Below, one piece after another: positions 46,866 through 55,721 of a DNA stretch of 64,000 nucleotides. The stretch's first letter is position 1; every line of letters starts with the position of its first letter. The notes under the pieces are model-generated. The model ran no database searches, was not told where the DNA came from, and saw nothing but the letters and a program-made list of their open reading frames with translations. Source of the stretch: Anaerolineales bacterium (GTDB taxonomy: Bacteria; Chloroflexota; Anaerolineae; Anaerolineales; UBA11579); assembly GCA_019637805.1 (NCBI GenBank), contig JAHBVB010000001.1, forward strand, positions 969,875 through 1,033,874, written 5' to 3'. Made by a program: the position numbers and the translations under genes.

Positions 46866-48179
46866 CTAGCTTCCCAAACCGTCCATGTATTCTTTGATGG
46901 TCGGCACGCCGGTCATGCGCTCGTAATAGAAGTTGTTGACCAGGTTGATCAGCTCGGCCCGGGCTGACTCAGCCTTGGGCGAGAGCTGCTCGTGGACGCG
47001 CTCACGTGAGAGCACGTCGCGCAGCTGCAGCAGCTCGCGCACGATCTCCTGCTCTTCCGGGCCTTCCAGCGCCTGCACCACACTCAGGATCAGTTTGTCT
47101 GTCTGGCCCAGCAGGGTGTCCAGTTCGATCGACGAGTCGGGCGTAAAGCAGTCGTCAATCGTGCGGATCAGCGACCAGACCTGGTAGAGCACCGTAGCGG
47201 GTTCGTCGAAGAGCTCGCGGAGGAAGGCGGCTTCCTCATAGCGCCCGGTCAGGCGGAAGATGTTGTACATGCGCTTGGCGGCTTTGCCGAAGTTGGGGTC
47301 CTTGGTGGTGTACTTGCGCACCTCTTTTTCCAACTGGCGCACATATTCGTCCAACGCGTCGGCGTCCACCTGCTTGGCCAGCTTGGTGAACAGCGGGATG
47401 GAGCTGGCTTCCAAATAGACCTCTTGGAAATACGGGTCCAGGTAGCCGTCCAGCGGCGTGATCGTGCCGTCCGGCGCCTCCCAGGTGGCGTCCAGCATGT
47501 TGCTGGCGTTCACCAGTTGGCGGTGGGCCTTGTCGGCCACCACCCAGTCCAGCTTGCACCAGCCTGGGTCTTGCACAGCCTGCTGCCAGGTCAGTGTCAG
47601 CGGGGTGCCTTCGGCGTCTTGCAGTTCGATCTGCCCGGCCTGCACCTCGGCCGCATTCCAGGAGATCGGCGATCCAGCCGGCAGTTTCTTGCCCTCGCGC
47701 TGTACATCCTGCGGGTAGTTGCCCATTTTGATCTCGATCAGTTCGTAGCCCGGCCCCCTCAGCGTGCTGAGCGCCTTGTCACGGATCAGCTTGCCGAGGA
47801 TATCGCAGGCCTCTTCACGGGTGGGGGCGATGATGTTGACGCGCTCAAAGAAGTCGGCGTCGCCTGGGTAGGTTTGGATCTTGGACTGGGCCGCCGATCC
47901 GGAGAGCGCCAGGGCGGTCTCCACCTGGCCGGGAACGTCTTCAAACTCGACCAGCTTGCCCATTTTGCGGAAGTGGGCCAGCTCTTCCGAACTGAAGTCC
48001 AGCATGGTCAGGCGGTGGCCGAAGACGCCTTCCTTTACATCCACGACCACGTCGCTGTCCTGGCCGTCGCCGGCGGCGACCGCCGTGAGCCATTGCAGGG
48101 CGGCGCTCTCGTCCAGCTGTACGCCCAGGCGCTGGGCGGATTCGATGATACGTTGCAGGGCAGCAGAAGGTTCAGGCAT
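46866..48179 (-). CDS. Uncharacterised protein with a Pol-beta/cGAS-type nucleotidyltransferase motif
   Basis: ATG 48179 lies 7 nt after AAGGAG and overlaps the upstream stop by 8 nt. 'LSGSAAQSKIQTYPGDADFF' (nt 47853-47905) fits hG[GS]-x11-DxD. A later acidic strand reads 'KLDWVVAD'. The C-terminal half is helical. No named family was recognised. Confidence 0.7.
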   Translation of the reverse strand: MPEPSAALQRIIESAQRLGVQLDESAALQWLTAVAAGDGQDSDVVVDVKEGVFGHRLTMLDFSSEELAHFRKMGKLVEFEDVPGQVETALALSGSAAQSKIQTYPGDADFFERVNIIAPTREEACDILGKLIRDKALSTLRGPGYELIEIKMGNYPQDVQREGKKLPAGSPISWNAAEVQAGQIELQDAEGTPLTLTWQQAVQDPGWCKLDWVVADKAHRQLVNASNMLDATWEAPDGTITPLDGYLDPYFQEVYLEASSIPLFTKLAKQVDADALDEYVRQLEKEVRKYTTKDPNFGKAAKRMYNIFRLTGRYEEAAFLRELFDEPATVLYQVWSLIRTIDDCFTPDSSIELDTLLGQTDKLILSVVQALEGPEEQEIVRELLQLRDVLSRERVHEQLSPKAESARAELINLVNNFYYERMTGVPTIKEYMDGLGS

Positions 48180-48723
48180 GGCGGCTCTCCTTGATTTCAG
48201 CCAGTATAGCGGCAAACATCACTGCAGTTTGGCGCGCATCATCCAACGCATTGTGATTGAGCATCTGGGGCAGGCCGTAGCGCTGGCTGACCTGCTGGAA
48301 GCTGGCCTCGGCCCACGGCCCGCCGTGCAAGCCCATGTAGACGGCCTTGATGTCTATGGCGCGGTGGCCGAAGGGGTTGTTGTCCAGGTAGTGGTGAAAA
48401 TAATCGGCCACGAACATCCAGTCGAAGGGTGCGTTAAAGGCCACGAGGACTGGCGGCTGCCCCTGGCAGACTTGGGCCAGCCAATCAGCGAAGCGCTGCA
48501 TCCCCTCAGCCGGTTCCAGGCCGGTTTGGGCCAGCGCCTCCAGTGACAAACCGTGCACGCTCTGCGCTTCGGCGGTGTTGTTCATGTTGATTGGCTTGAA
48601 CTCGGCATAGAACTCTTGCTGCACATCGCTGACCAGCACGGCGCCCAGCGAAAGCATCGAATAATCGGCCGGGTTGGGGCCGGCGGTTTCGACATCCACA
48701 CAAATAAAGCATTCGTTTGGCAT
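48172..48723 (-). CDS. DEDDh 3'-5' exonuclease (DnaQ/RNase T-like)
   Basis: ExoI 'CVDVETAG', ExoII 'AFNAPFDWMF', ExoIII 'HNALDDARQTA'. Start ATG at 48723 or 48741; the longer track ORF would run into the divergent SBP gene. Confidence 0.85.
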   Translation of the reverse strand: MPNECFICVDVETAGPNPADYSMLSLGAVLVSDVQQEFYAEFKPINMNNTAEAQSVHGLSLEALAQTGLEPAEGMQRFADWLAQVCQGQPPVLVAFNAPFDWMFVADYFHHYLDNNPFGHRAIDIKAVYMGLHGGPWAEASFQQVSQRYGLPQMLNHNALDDARQTAVMFAAILAEIKESRHA

Positions 48724-48790
48724 AGAGGGCGATTCTAGCATGGGCAGGGGGCCAGCCCGCAAGTCCAGGCCAGCCGATATAATCCCCTGC

Positions 48791-50671
48791 ATGCCTATCG
48801 CCAAATCTCCCTGGTCCTTGATTGTATTCATCATTTTCGCCCTGCTGCTGGCCGCTTGCGCCGCCCCCGGCCCGGTAACCCCGCCGGAGCCCAGCGTCAC
48901 ACCTACCCCGGCTGGCCCGCAGACCCTCAATATTTGCGCGGCGACCGAGCCGGCTTCGCTGTACCTGTATGCGGACAATTCCGCCGCAGCGCGCCTGGTG
49001 CGCCAGGCGATCTACGACGGCCCCTTTGACACCCAGGGCTACCAACCGCAAGCGGTGATCTTGCAGAGCGTGCCCAGCCTGGATAATGGCGGGGCGACCC
49101 TGCAAGCGGTCAGCGTGGGCCGCGGCGCCTTGGTGGTGGACGCCGACGGCCAGGTGCGCCCACTCGAGCCCGGCCTGCGCATCCGCCCGGCGGGCTGCCG
49201 GGACGGCAACTGCACTATCGAATACCGCGAGGGCGAGGTGCAGATGGACCAGCTCAGCGTGACCTTCACGCTGCTGCCCGGCCTGACCTGGGCGGATGGG
49301 GCGCCGCTGACCGCCGCCGACTCGTTGTATTCCTTTGAACTCGCCGCCGACCCGGCCACGCCGGGCGACAAAAGCCTGGTGCAGCGCACCGCCAGCTATA
49401 CCGCCGAGGGCGAGCGCGCTGTGTGGCAGGGGCTGCCGGGCTACTTGGACCAGGGCTACCAAACTCACTTTTGGACGCCGCTGCCGCGCCACGCCTGGGG
49501 CGGCAGCTCTGCCGCCGACCTGCTCGCCGCCGAGGCCAGCAACCGCCAGCCGCTGGGCTGGGGCGCCTACAGTCTACGCGAATGGCAGCCCGGCCAGCGC
49601 ATTGTGCTGGAGCGCAACCCTAACTACTTCCGTGCTGCGGAAGGGTTGCCCAAGTTCAGCACCCTCAATATTATTTTTGGCGTGCACAGCGCCGCTGACC
49701 TGCAAAATGGCAATTGCGATTTGCTGCTGCCCGACGACGCTTTGGCCGACCAGGCCGAAGCCCTGCAGGCGGCAGGGGCGCAGCTGCATTACGTTTCCAG
49801 CGGGCGCTGGGAGCAGCTCAGCTTCGGCATCCGTGAGATCAGCCATGACGATGGCTTTAATGTCTTCCAAGACAACCCGGATTGGTTTGGCGATGTGCGC
49901 ATGCGTGAAGCCATCGCCATGTGCATCGACCGCCAGGCGCTGGTGGACCAACTGGCCTTCGGCCAGGGGCAGGTGCTTAACAGCTATCAGCCGGAGCATC
50001 TGATTGCGGTCGGCTACGGCATTCCCTACTCCCCCAGTGAAGGCAGTGCCTTGCTGGAGGAGATTGGCTGGCTGGCCGGCCCGGAAGGCACGCGGGTGAA
50101 CCAGTTCTACCCCGGCGCCGCCTTTGGAGTGCCGCTGCAGCTGATCCTGATCACCAGCGACAGTCCGGGAGCGGCGGCGATCGCCGGCCTGCTGCGCTCC
50201 AGTCTGGATGACTGCGGCATTGCGCTGGATGTGCAAACCGGCCCGGCCGCCGAGTCCTTTGCGCCCGGGCCGGATGGGGCCGTCTTTGGCCGCCGCTTCC
50301 AGCTGGCCCAGTTCGCCTGGCCGCACAGCGACCGGCCGGCCTGCTACCTGTACCTGAGCGAGGCCATCCCTGGCCAGGACCTGTTGACCTATCGCTACAG
50401 CTGGGGCGGCTGGAACATTACCGGCTGGGCGGATGCGGAGTACGATGCCGCCTGCCAGGCCGCGCTGAGCAGCCTGCCGGGTGAGCCCGGCTACGCCGAA
50501 GCCCAGGCCCTGGCGCAGAACATCTTTGCCCAACGTATTCCTGCATTGCCGCTGTTCGTGCCCTATCAGCTGGCGGCCGCGCGGCCCGATTTCTGTGGTT
50601 TCAGCAGCGAAGCGGGCAGTCAGCTGCTGCAGAATATTGAAAACTATGGTTATGCGGAGTGGTGCGACTAG
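48791..50671 (+). CDS. ABC transporter substrate-binding lipoprotein, family 5 (peptide/nickel type), orphan
   Basis: ATG 48791 gives 'MPIAKSPWSLIVFIIFALLLAACAAPG' (lipobox). About 625 aa of SBP_bac_5-like sequence. There are no adjacent permease or ATPase genes. Confidence 0.82.
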   Translation: MPIAKSPWSLIVFIIFALLLAACAAPGPVTPPEPSVTPTPAGPQTLNICAATEPASLYLYADNSAAARLVRQAIYDGPFDTQGYQPQAVILQSVPSLDNGGATLQAVSVGRGALVVDADGQVRPLEPGLRIRPAGCRDGNCTIEYREGEVQMDQLSVTFTLLPGLTWADGAPLTAADSLYSFELAADPATPGDKSLVQRTASYTAEGERAVWQGLPGYLDQGYQTHFWTPLPRHAWGGSSAADLLAAEASNRQPLGWGAYSLREWQPGQRIVLERNPNYFRAAEGLPKFSTLNIIFGVHSAADLQNGNCDLLLPDDALADQAEALQAAGAQLHYVSSGRWEQLSFGIREISHDDGFNVFQDNPDWFGDVRMREAIAMCIDRQALVDQLAFGQGQVLNSYQPEHLIAVGYGIPYSPSEGSALLEEIGWLAGPEGTRVNQFYPGAAFGVPLQLILITSDSPGAAAIAGLLRSSLDDCGIALDVQTGPAAESFAPGPDGAVFGRRFQLAQFAWPHSDRPACYLYLSEAIPGQDLLTYRYSWGGWNITGWADAEYDAACQAALSSLPGEPGYAEAQALAQNIFAQRIPALPLFVPYQLAAARPDFCGFSSEAGSQLLQNIENYGYAEWCD

Positions 50672-50677
50672 CCTGGC

Positions 50678-50706
50678 TTGACAAGCCTTGCTTTCGCCCG
50701 CATAAT
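50678..50706 (+). promoter_or_regulatory. Sigma70-like promoter of the trpS leader
   Basis: TTGACA (50678-50683), a 17-nt spacer, then CATAAT (50701-50706). Confidence 0.55.
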
Positions 50707-50712
50707 CCTTAC

Positions 50713-50925
50713 TCAATAAGCAAAGACCGCGAAGCGGACAAGTACACGCCGAAACGAAGGCACAGAGAGCAGGAAGCGCTGAAAGCCTGCCCCCACGCCG
50801 GCTTGGAATGGACCGCCGAGTTGCGCAGTGAACGGATTTCCAGTAGCTGCCGCCGGTTCGCCCCCGTTAGCGGGCTTCAAGCGAATCAGCCAGTACGGCT
50901 GGTTAACTGAGGTGGCACCGCGGAT
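50713..50925 (+). promoter_or_regulatory. T-box riboswitch leader (Trp specifier)
   Basis: AGAGAG (50764-50769) and GCTGAAAGC lie in the Stem I distal region. The specifier context is GAA-TGG-A (TGG 50809-50811). The T-box sequence AACTGAGGTGGCACCGCGG (50905-50923) is followed by a terminator and trpS. Confidence 0.85.
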
Positions 50926-50929
50926 CCCT

Positions 50930-50981
50930 ATTCGTCCTCAATCACAGATTTCAATCTGTGATTGAGGACGAATTTTTATTT
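50930..50981 (+). terminator. T-box terminator hairpin
   Basis: ATTCGTCCTCAATCACAGATT / AATCTGTGATTGAGGACGAAT (about 20 bp) followed by TTTTTATTT. The 5' arm abuts the T-box sequence, allowing antiterminator competition. Confidence 0.85.
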
Positions 50982-50997
50982 CTCTGGAGGTAGAGCA

Positions 50998-51984
50998 ATG
51001 GCACAGACAAAAGGGCGCATTCTTACCGGGCATCGCCCCACCGGCCCGCGGCACATAGGCCACTTGGTAGGCACCCTGGAGCAGTGGCGCAAGATGCAGG
51101 ACGACTATGAGTGCTATTTCCTCATTGCCGACCTGCATGTACTGACCACTGACTTTGAGCACCCCGGCCGCATCCAGTCCAACATTACCGACGTGATGGT
51201 GGACTGGCTGGCTTCGGGCCTGGACCCGGCCAAGGCCACCTTCGTGCGCCAATCGGCGCTGATGGAGCATGCCCAGCTCTCGCTGCTGTTTGGCATGCTC
51301 ACCACGGTGGCCCGCCTGGAGCGCGTGCCGACCTATAAGGAGCAGATCCAGCAGCTCAAGCTCAACCCCTCGCTGGGGTTGCTGACCTACCCGGTGCTGC
51401 AAAGTGCCGACATCCTGATCTACAAGGCCAATCTGGTGCCGGTGGGTGAGGACCAGCTGCCGCACATCGAGCTGACCCGCGAGATCGCCCGGCGCTTCAA
51501 TACCCAGTACGGCGAAACCTTCCCGGAGGCGGAGGGGCTGCTGACCAAGACCGCCCGTTTGCCCGGCACCGACAACCGCACCATGCATAACTCCTATGGC
51601 AACACCATTCGCCTGGGCGACACGCCGGAGGAGACCACCAAGAAGGTGATGAGCATGTACACCGACCCGACCCGCCTGCGCGCCACCGACCCCGGTACAG
51701 TGGAGGGCAACCCGGTCTTCGAATACCACGAGGTTTTCAACTCCAACACTGACGAGGTGGAGGACTTCAAAACGCGTTACCGTGAGGGCAAGGTGGGCGA
51801 TGTGGAAGTCAAACGCCGCTTGGCCGAAGCGCTCAACGACTACTTGGCGCCCCTGCGCGCCCGCCGTGTGGAGCTGCAGAAAGATGCCGGCTATGTGGTC
51901 AAAGTGCTGGATGAAGGTACCGAGCGCGCCCGCCCGCTGGTGCAGGCCACACTGCGCGAGGCGATGGAGAAGATGGGGCTATAA
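50998..51984 (+). CDS. trpS: Tryptophan--tRNA ligase
   Basis: ATG 50998 follows GGAGG. 'TGHRPTGPRHIGHLVG' (HIGH-type motif). About 329 aa of class I TrpRS. The track start at 50962 lies in the terminator. Confidence 0.95.
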   Translation: MAQTKGRILTGHRPTGPRHIGHLVGTLEQWRKMQDDYECYFLIADLHVLTTDFEHPGRIQSNITDVMVDWLASGLDPAKATFVRQSALMEHAQLSLLFGMLTTVARLERVPTYKEQIQQLKLNPSLGLLTYPVLQSADILIYKANLVPVGEDQLPHIELTREIARRFNTQYGETFPEAEGLLTKTARLPGTDNRTMHNSYGNTIRLGDTPEETTKKVMSMYTDPTRLRATDPGTVEGNPVFEYHEVFNSNTDEVEDFKTRYREGKVGDVEVKRRLAEALNDYLAPLRARRVELQKDAGYVVKVLDEGTERARPLVQATLREAMEKMGL

Positions 51985-52016
51985 TCCAGTTTTAGATATT
52001 TCAATGGTGAGGGTGA

Positions 52017-53672
52017 ATGATCAAAAAGATAACTAGCTTTCCATTTTTTTGGTTACTTTTAATAGTACTTGTCGGCCTCGCCATACGACTGATTTTGTTC
52101 ACTGGGCAGATTCGTGGTGATGATTACTACTATGCAAAATCGGCCTTTGAGCTAACTCAGGGACGAACGCATTTCGGCGTGTGGTCTTTTGGGACTTCTC
52201 GTGTTGGCCTTTATGCCCCTACAGCACTGCTGTATACGGTTTTTGGTGTATCTCCATTGACAACAGCTGCATTTCCGCTCCTAACCTCTCTTGGCACGGT
52301 TGTACTGGTTTATCTGCTTGCAACCTTGTATGCGCCACCCAAAGCTGGGCTTATCGGCGCCATGCTTTGGGCCGTATTTCCGCTCGACATCTTTTTGGCC
52401 ACTGATCTAATGCCAGATGCACCAACCGCTTTCTTTTACACAGGTGTAATGTATTTCTTTTTGCGTGCTTATCGCGCCACTCCATTGCGTGAGCGTTTGT
52501 TTTGGAACTTAGGAGCACTTGTTTGTTTAATTTGGGGGTTTTACGTAAAGCCAACCATCATAGCTGCACCCTTGGCTATTGGTATTTTTATCAGCATCCA
52601 GATGGCCAAGTTGGTTTACCAGCGATTTCTTGCTCGAAGGATAGCAGTTCGATTTCTTCTTAAGAGCTTTTTGCTCACATTTGCTCTTTTGCTACTCGGA
52701 ATCATTTTGTTTTCTGGCACATTGCCGATTAAATTAGCTCGGGCCGGCACGGATTTCTCAATGTTGTTGACTATTGGCAAAACCAATATTCATAGCAGTG
52801 GATTCATTGTTACGTACACTCCCTTGTTTTTGCTGTTCGGTCCACTTTTCCTGATATCTGTCTTTCATTTGCTCATAAACTCAACGAAACGTGCTAATGA
52901 TTTGTTGGCCTTAGTTTTGATTGGCCTTGCTTATTTTGAGTGGGGCTCTTTTGAGACAAATATTTTCAAGTACAACCCACTTTGGGATTGGGGTGAAGCC
53001 CGTTATGTTATCTATTTGTTGCCGGGATTAGTCGCTCTGGCTGCGATGTACTTGGCGCGATTTGTGCAGGAAGATGTGCTTCGTAGGCTAATACTTATCT
53101 GGGCACCACTTATCATCGTGTTAGCAATCATCATGTCAAACCCGGGATCAGAAGCTTTAGGCAACCGATTCAGTGAAACCGCGGTAGTCTTGTCACTAAT
53201 AGGAATACTAGTTTCCGTTCTTTGGAGGCCATCTAAAACCCAGTCTTTGGTTAATCCATGGTTCGGTGCTGGATTGATATTGCTGATCAACCTGGGAGCC
53301 ATGGCCCCGGTGCAACCCTCAGATTGGCGCTTTTTTGCACCACGACTGGCAATGTTGGCTAACTTGCAAGAAGCGGCACAAGCCTTCGATATTGAAAGTG
53401 ATGGTCTTGTTTTTACTGATCACCCAAACATGCAGCTAGAATTTTCTTTTGACTTTGCCTTATCTGTGGATTGGGAAAATCAATTTCCTGCTGACCCTAA
53501 TGGACGTCTGCGTTTGGTAACTTCAACAAGCAATTTGGTATTGCCCTCAAATAGCTTGCTCTTCCTCTTCAACTCAGATAATCAACCACCGCGGGACGCT
53601 CAACTAATCTCGGAGCATTATTTTGAAAGACAGTTGCTTTTCCGTGTTTATGGGCCTTTGGATGCAGAATGA
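52017..53672 (+). CDS. GT-C fold (GT39/ArnT-like) membrane glycosyltransferase candidate
   Basis: 551 aa with more than 10 TM segments. First loop 'GQIRGDDYYYAKSAFELTQG' is a DD-type motif. Low GC. Confidence 0.7.
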   Translation: MIKKITSFPFFWLLLIVLVGLAIRLILFTGQIRGDDYYYAKSAFELTQGRTHFGVWSFGTSRVGLYAPTALLYTVFGVSPLTTAAFPLLTSLGTVVLVYLLATLYAPPKAGLIGAMLWAVFPLDIFLATDLMPDAPTAFFYTGVMYFFLRAYRATPLRERLFWNLGALVCLIWGFYVKPTIIAAPLAIGIFISIQMAKLVYQRFLARRIAVRFLLKSFLLTFALLLLGIILFSGTLPIKLARAGTDFSMLLTIGKTNIHSSGFIVTYTPLFLLFGPLFLISVFHLLINSTKRANDLLALVLIGLAYFEWGSFETNIFKYNPLWDWGEARYVIYLLPGLVALAAMYLARFVQEDVLRRLILIWAPLIIVLAIIMSNPGSEALGNRFSETAVVLSLIGILVSVLWRPSKTQSLVNPWFGAGLILLINLGAMAPVQPSDWRFFAPRLAMLANLQEAAQAFDIESDGLVFTDHPNMQLEFSFDFALSVDWENQFPADPNGRLRLVTSTSNLVLPSNSLLFLFNSDNQPPRDAQLISEHYFERQLLFRVYGPLDAE

Positions 53673-55657
53673 GAGAATTTTTTAAACGATACTCTGACTT
53701 GCTGCTTGTGTTAGCTCTTGCTTTGCTTGTGTGGGTGCTTTTTTTGCCAGGTGTAGCTTATGGTGAAACGGTCGAAAATGCATATCGTGCCTGGCAAATT
53801 GCGAATGGGTTGGGTGAACTTTTGGGCACACACTCACCTGCGAGCCTGTTTTCTGAACTGCGTGCCGAATTTGGTGGCCGAATATTGTTGGTTAATGGGC
53901 CCCTAGCTTTGCTCTATTTCTTGTTTGGGGTCAAGGATTGGACAACATTCTTTTTTCCGTTTGCCATGTCGCTAGTAAACATTATTCTAGTCTATCGTAT
54001 CACTTATTTTTTGGTTGGTCGCAAGGCGGGTTTCTTTGCTAGCTTGATCTGGGCATTCCAACCCAGTCAGGCATTTTTTGCCGGTGCGCATGCTGCTTGG
54101 CCTTGGCTGGTGACCGTCCTTCTTGCTGGCCTTGGCTGGCTCGCCCTCCATAAAACCCAATCCTTGCCACCAAAACTTATCCCCTGGTTCAAAGGCCTCG
54201 CAGTCGCTGCCATCGGACTGTTCTTAATGTTTGCAGATGGTTACATAGCGGTGCGCAGTTTCCTGGCTTTGCCGGAGTGGTATCTGCTTCTACCCGCCAG
54301 CTTCCTTGCTTTGCTGATCAGGCCGGCAACAGTCGAAGAGTTGCTCAAGAATTCTCGCTTCTGGTTTGCCTGGGTTTTGGGTTTGCTACTGATTAGTGGC
54401 CTGACCCGCGTTGACATCTTCATCTACGCTCAAGTATTAATCCCCCTGCTATTCCTTGGGCCGGCTTTGCTTGTAGCGGGCTACTTATCCTCTGTTCTAA
54501 TTGGGGATTTGCTGAAGCGGACGGTGATTGTGTTGTTGCCGTTCTTGGCTATTTGCGCTTGGCTAACTGGCGGGTTATCTCGAATTGCAATACCTGATTA
54601 TGGGAATGCAGAATGGTTAACTACTGGCCAGTTTGCGGTGGTTTTGCTGATTGGCTGTGGCTTGACCTTTTTGACCCTATTTGTAATTGCATGGCAATCG
54701 CACCACAAGATTGTTTGGTTGCATCTCCCACTCCATGTGATATTGGTGCTTGGTGTGATTTTTTCGCTCCTCTTAGTCATCCAGAGCCAAGGACGCAGTT
54801 ATGCCGACGCTTCTGCTCGCTGGCGGCTTGCAGATCAATGGCTTGGGTTAGAGGGTGCCGAGGGAATAGTAGTTGATTCACAGAGGCAGCGGTTACTCCT
54901 AGGATATGCCAGCGGATTCACCAAGCCAATAACTCGGCTGCCTGGAGATTTTGCCGAGACGCTCCCTGGTAGCTTGGTGATTCTGCCTGAAGAAGACGTG
55001 CTTCGGGTTCAGCTTCCTGAGAATTGGATTCGAGTCCAAAGCTTCGGACGCCCGGAAACTCCTCGCCTGATTGCATTCAGGGTTCTGGAGGAGTCGCTGG
55101 ACTGTAATGCTTTATCTGGCCTTGCCGAGAGGTTGGCAACTCCTTTGGCTGTTGTGGATTGTGATCAGCTGACTATTGGCTCAAATTTAATGGCAAACAT
55201 GATTCAAGATAAGGCTCTTCCCAAAGATTCCTCGGAAAACGCTGGCGGATTGTTGCTTTCAGAACTGCTTTCTTATGATGGTTTTCTGGATTCAGATAGC
55301 TTTCTTTGGGTGCAGCAACGTGACCAGCAGGGTGAGCACTTCGGCCTTTTTCAGAAATACTTCTTCTTTTACGACGGGCGGACGGTAGAGTTCCAGCAAG
55401 AGTTAGAACCGGATTCTTTGTATTACCTGCACGTTAAACTGAAAACCGAGCATGCTATTAGTGCGCTGTATTTACGTATAAGGGACGAGGAATACAGTTA
55501 TGGCTGGGTGTATCCGGAAGAATGGGGCACTTATGGACTATTGATCTCCACGGCTGGTTTTGAGGCCGTTCAAGAGGTTAGCATTTCTCCTGTGCTTATC
55601 AGCAACCATGCTCAGGTAGAAATATCACATTTTGGTCTTTACAAGCTGAAGCCCTGA
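53669..55657 (+). CDS. Polytopic membrane protein with a C-terminal soluble domain (GT-C-like, weaker)
   Basis: ATGA overlap with the upstream gene. About 11 TM segments, then a roughly 270-aa non-membrane domain. Low GC. Confidence 0.65.
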   Translation: MREFFKRYSDLLLVLALALLVWVLFLPGVAYGETVENAYRAWQIANGLGELLGTHSPASLFSELRAEFGGRILLVNGPLALLYFLFGVKDWTTFFFPFAMSLVNIILVYRITYFLVGRKAGFFASLIWAFQPSQAFFAGAHAAWPWLVTVLLAGLGWLALHKTQSLPPKLIPWFKGLAVAAIGLFLMFADGYIAVRSFLALPEWYLLLPASFLALLIRPATVEELLKNSRFWFAWVLGLLLISGLTRVDIFIYAQVLIPLLFLGPALLVAGYLSSVLIGDLLKRTVIVLLPFLAICAWLTGGLSRIAIPDYGNAEWLTTGQFAVVLLIGCGLTFLTLFVIAWQSHHKIVWLHLPLHVILVLGVIFSLLLVIQSQGRSYADASARWRLADQWLGLEGAEGIVVDSQRQRLLLGYASGFTKPITRLPGDFAETLPGSLVILPEEDVLRVQLPENWIRVQSFGRPETPRLIAFRVLEESLDCNALSGLAERLATPLAVVDCDQLTIGSNLMANMIQDKALPKDSSENAGGLLLSELLSYDGFLDSDSFLWVQQRDQQGEHFGLFQKYFFFYDGRTVEFQQELEPDSLYYLHVKLKTEHAISALYLRIRDEEYSYGWVYPEEWGTYGLLISTAGFEAVQEVSISPVLISNHAQVEISHFGLYKLKP

Positions 55658-55660
55658 CCG

Positions 55661-55693
55661 TTCTATTCGTACAAAAACAGCCGCGCACACGCG
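55661..55693. terminator. Bidirectional intrinsic terminator
   Basis: ACAAAAACAGCCGCG caca CGCGGCTGTTTTTGT, with A-run and T-run flanks. Confidence 0.72.
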
Positions 55694-55721
55694 GCTGTTT
55701 TTGTTGGGTTGGTCTGTGGGC

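Larger units (their letters stand above)
51990..55695 (+). other. Low-GC island (probable horizontally acquired segment)
   Basis: Base composition drops visibly (by eye roughly mid-40s % GC against mid-60s % in the flanks; not computed). The drop begins right after the trpS stop and ends at the terminator at 55661-55693. Confidence 0.6.

Noticed and set aside
46528-48741. Labelling the exonuclease/NTase operon as CBASS, a retron or a toxin-antitoxin system
   Set aside because: There is no recognisable effector, reverse transcriptase, ncRNA or HEPN partner, and the NTase call rests on one short motif. It is kept as an unclassified candidate system.
50659-50997. ORFs 50659-50910 and the first 12 codons of 50962-51984
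   Set aside because: They overlap the T-box leader and its terminator. trpS starts at 50998 after GGAGG.
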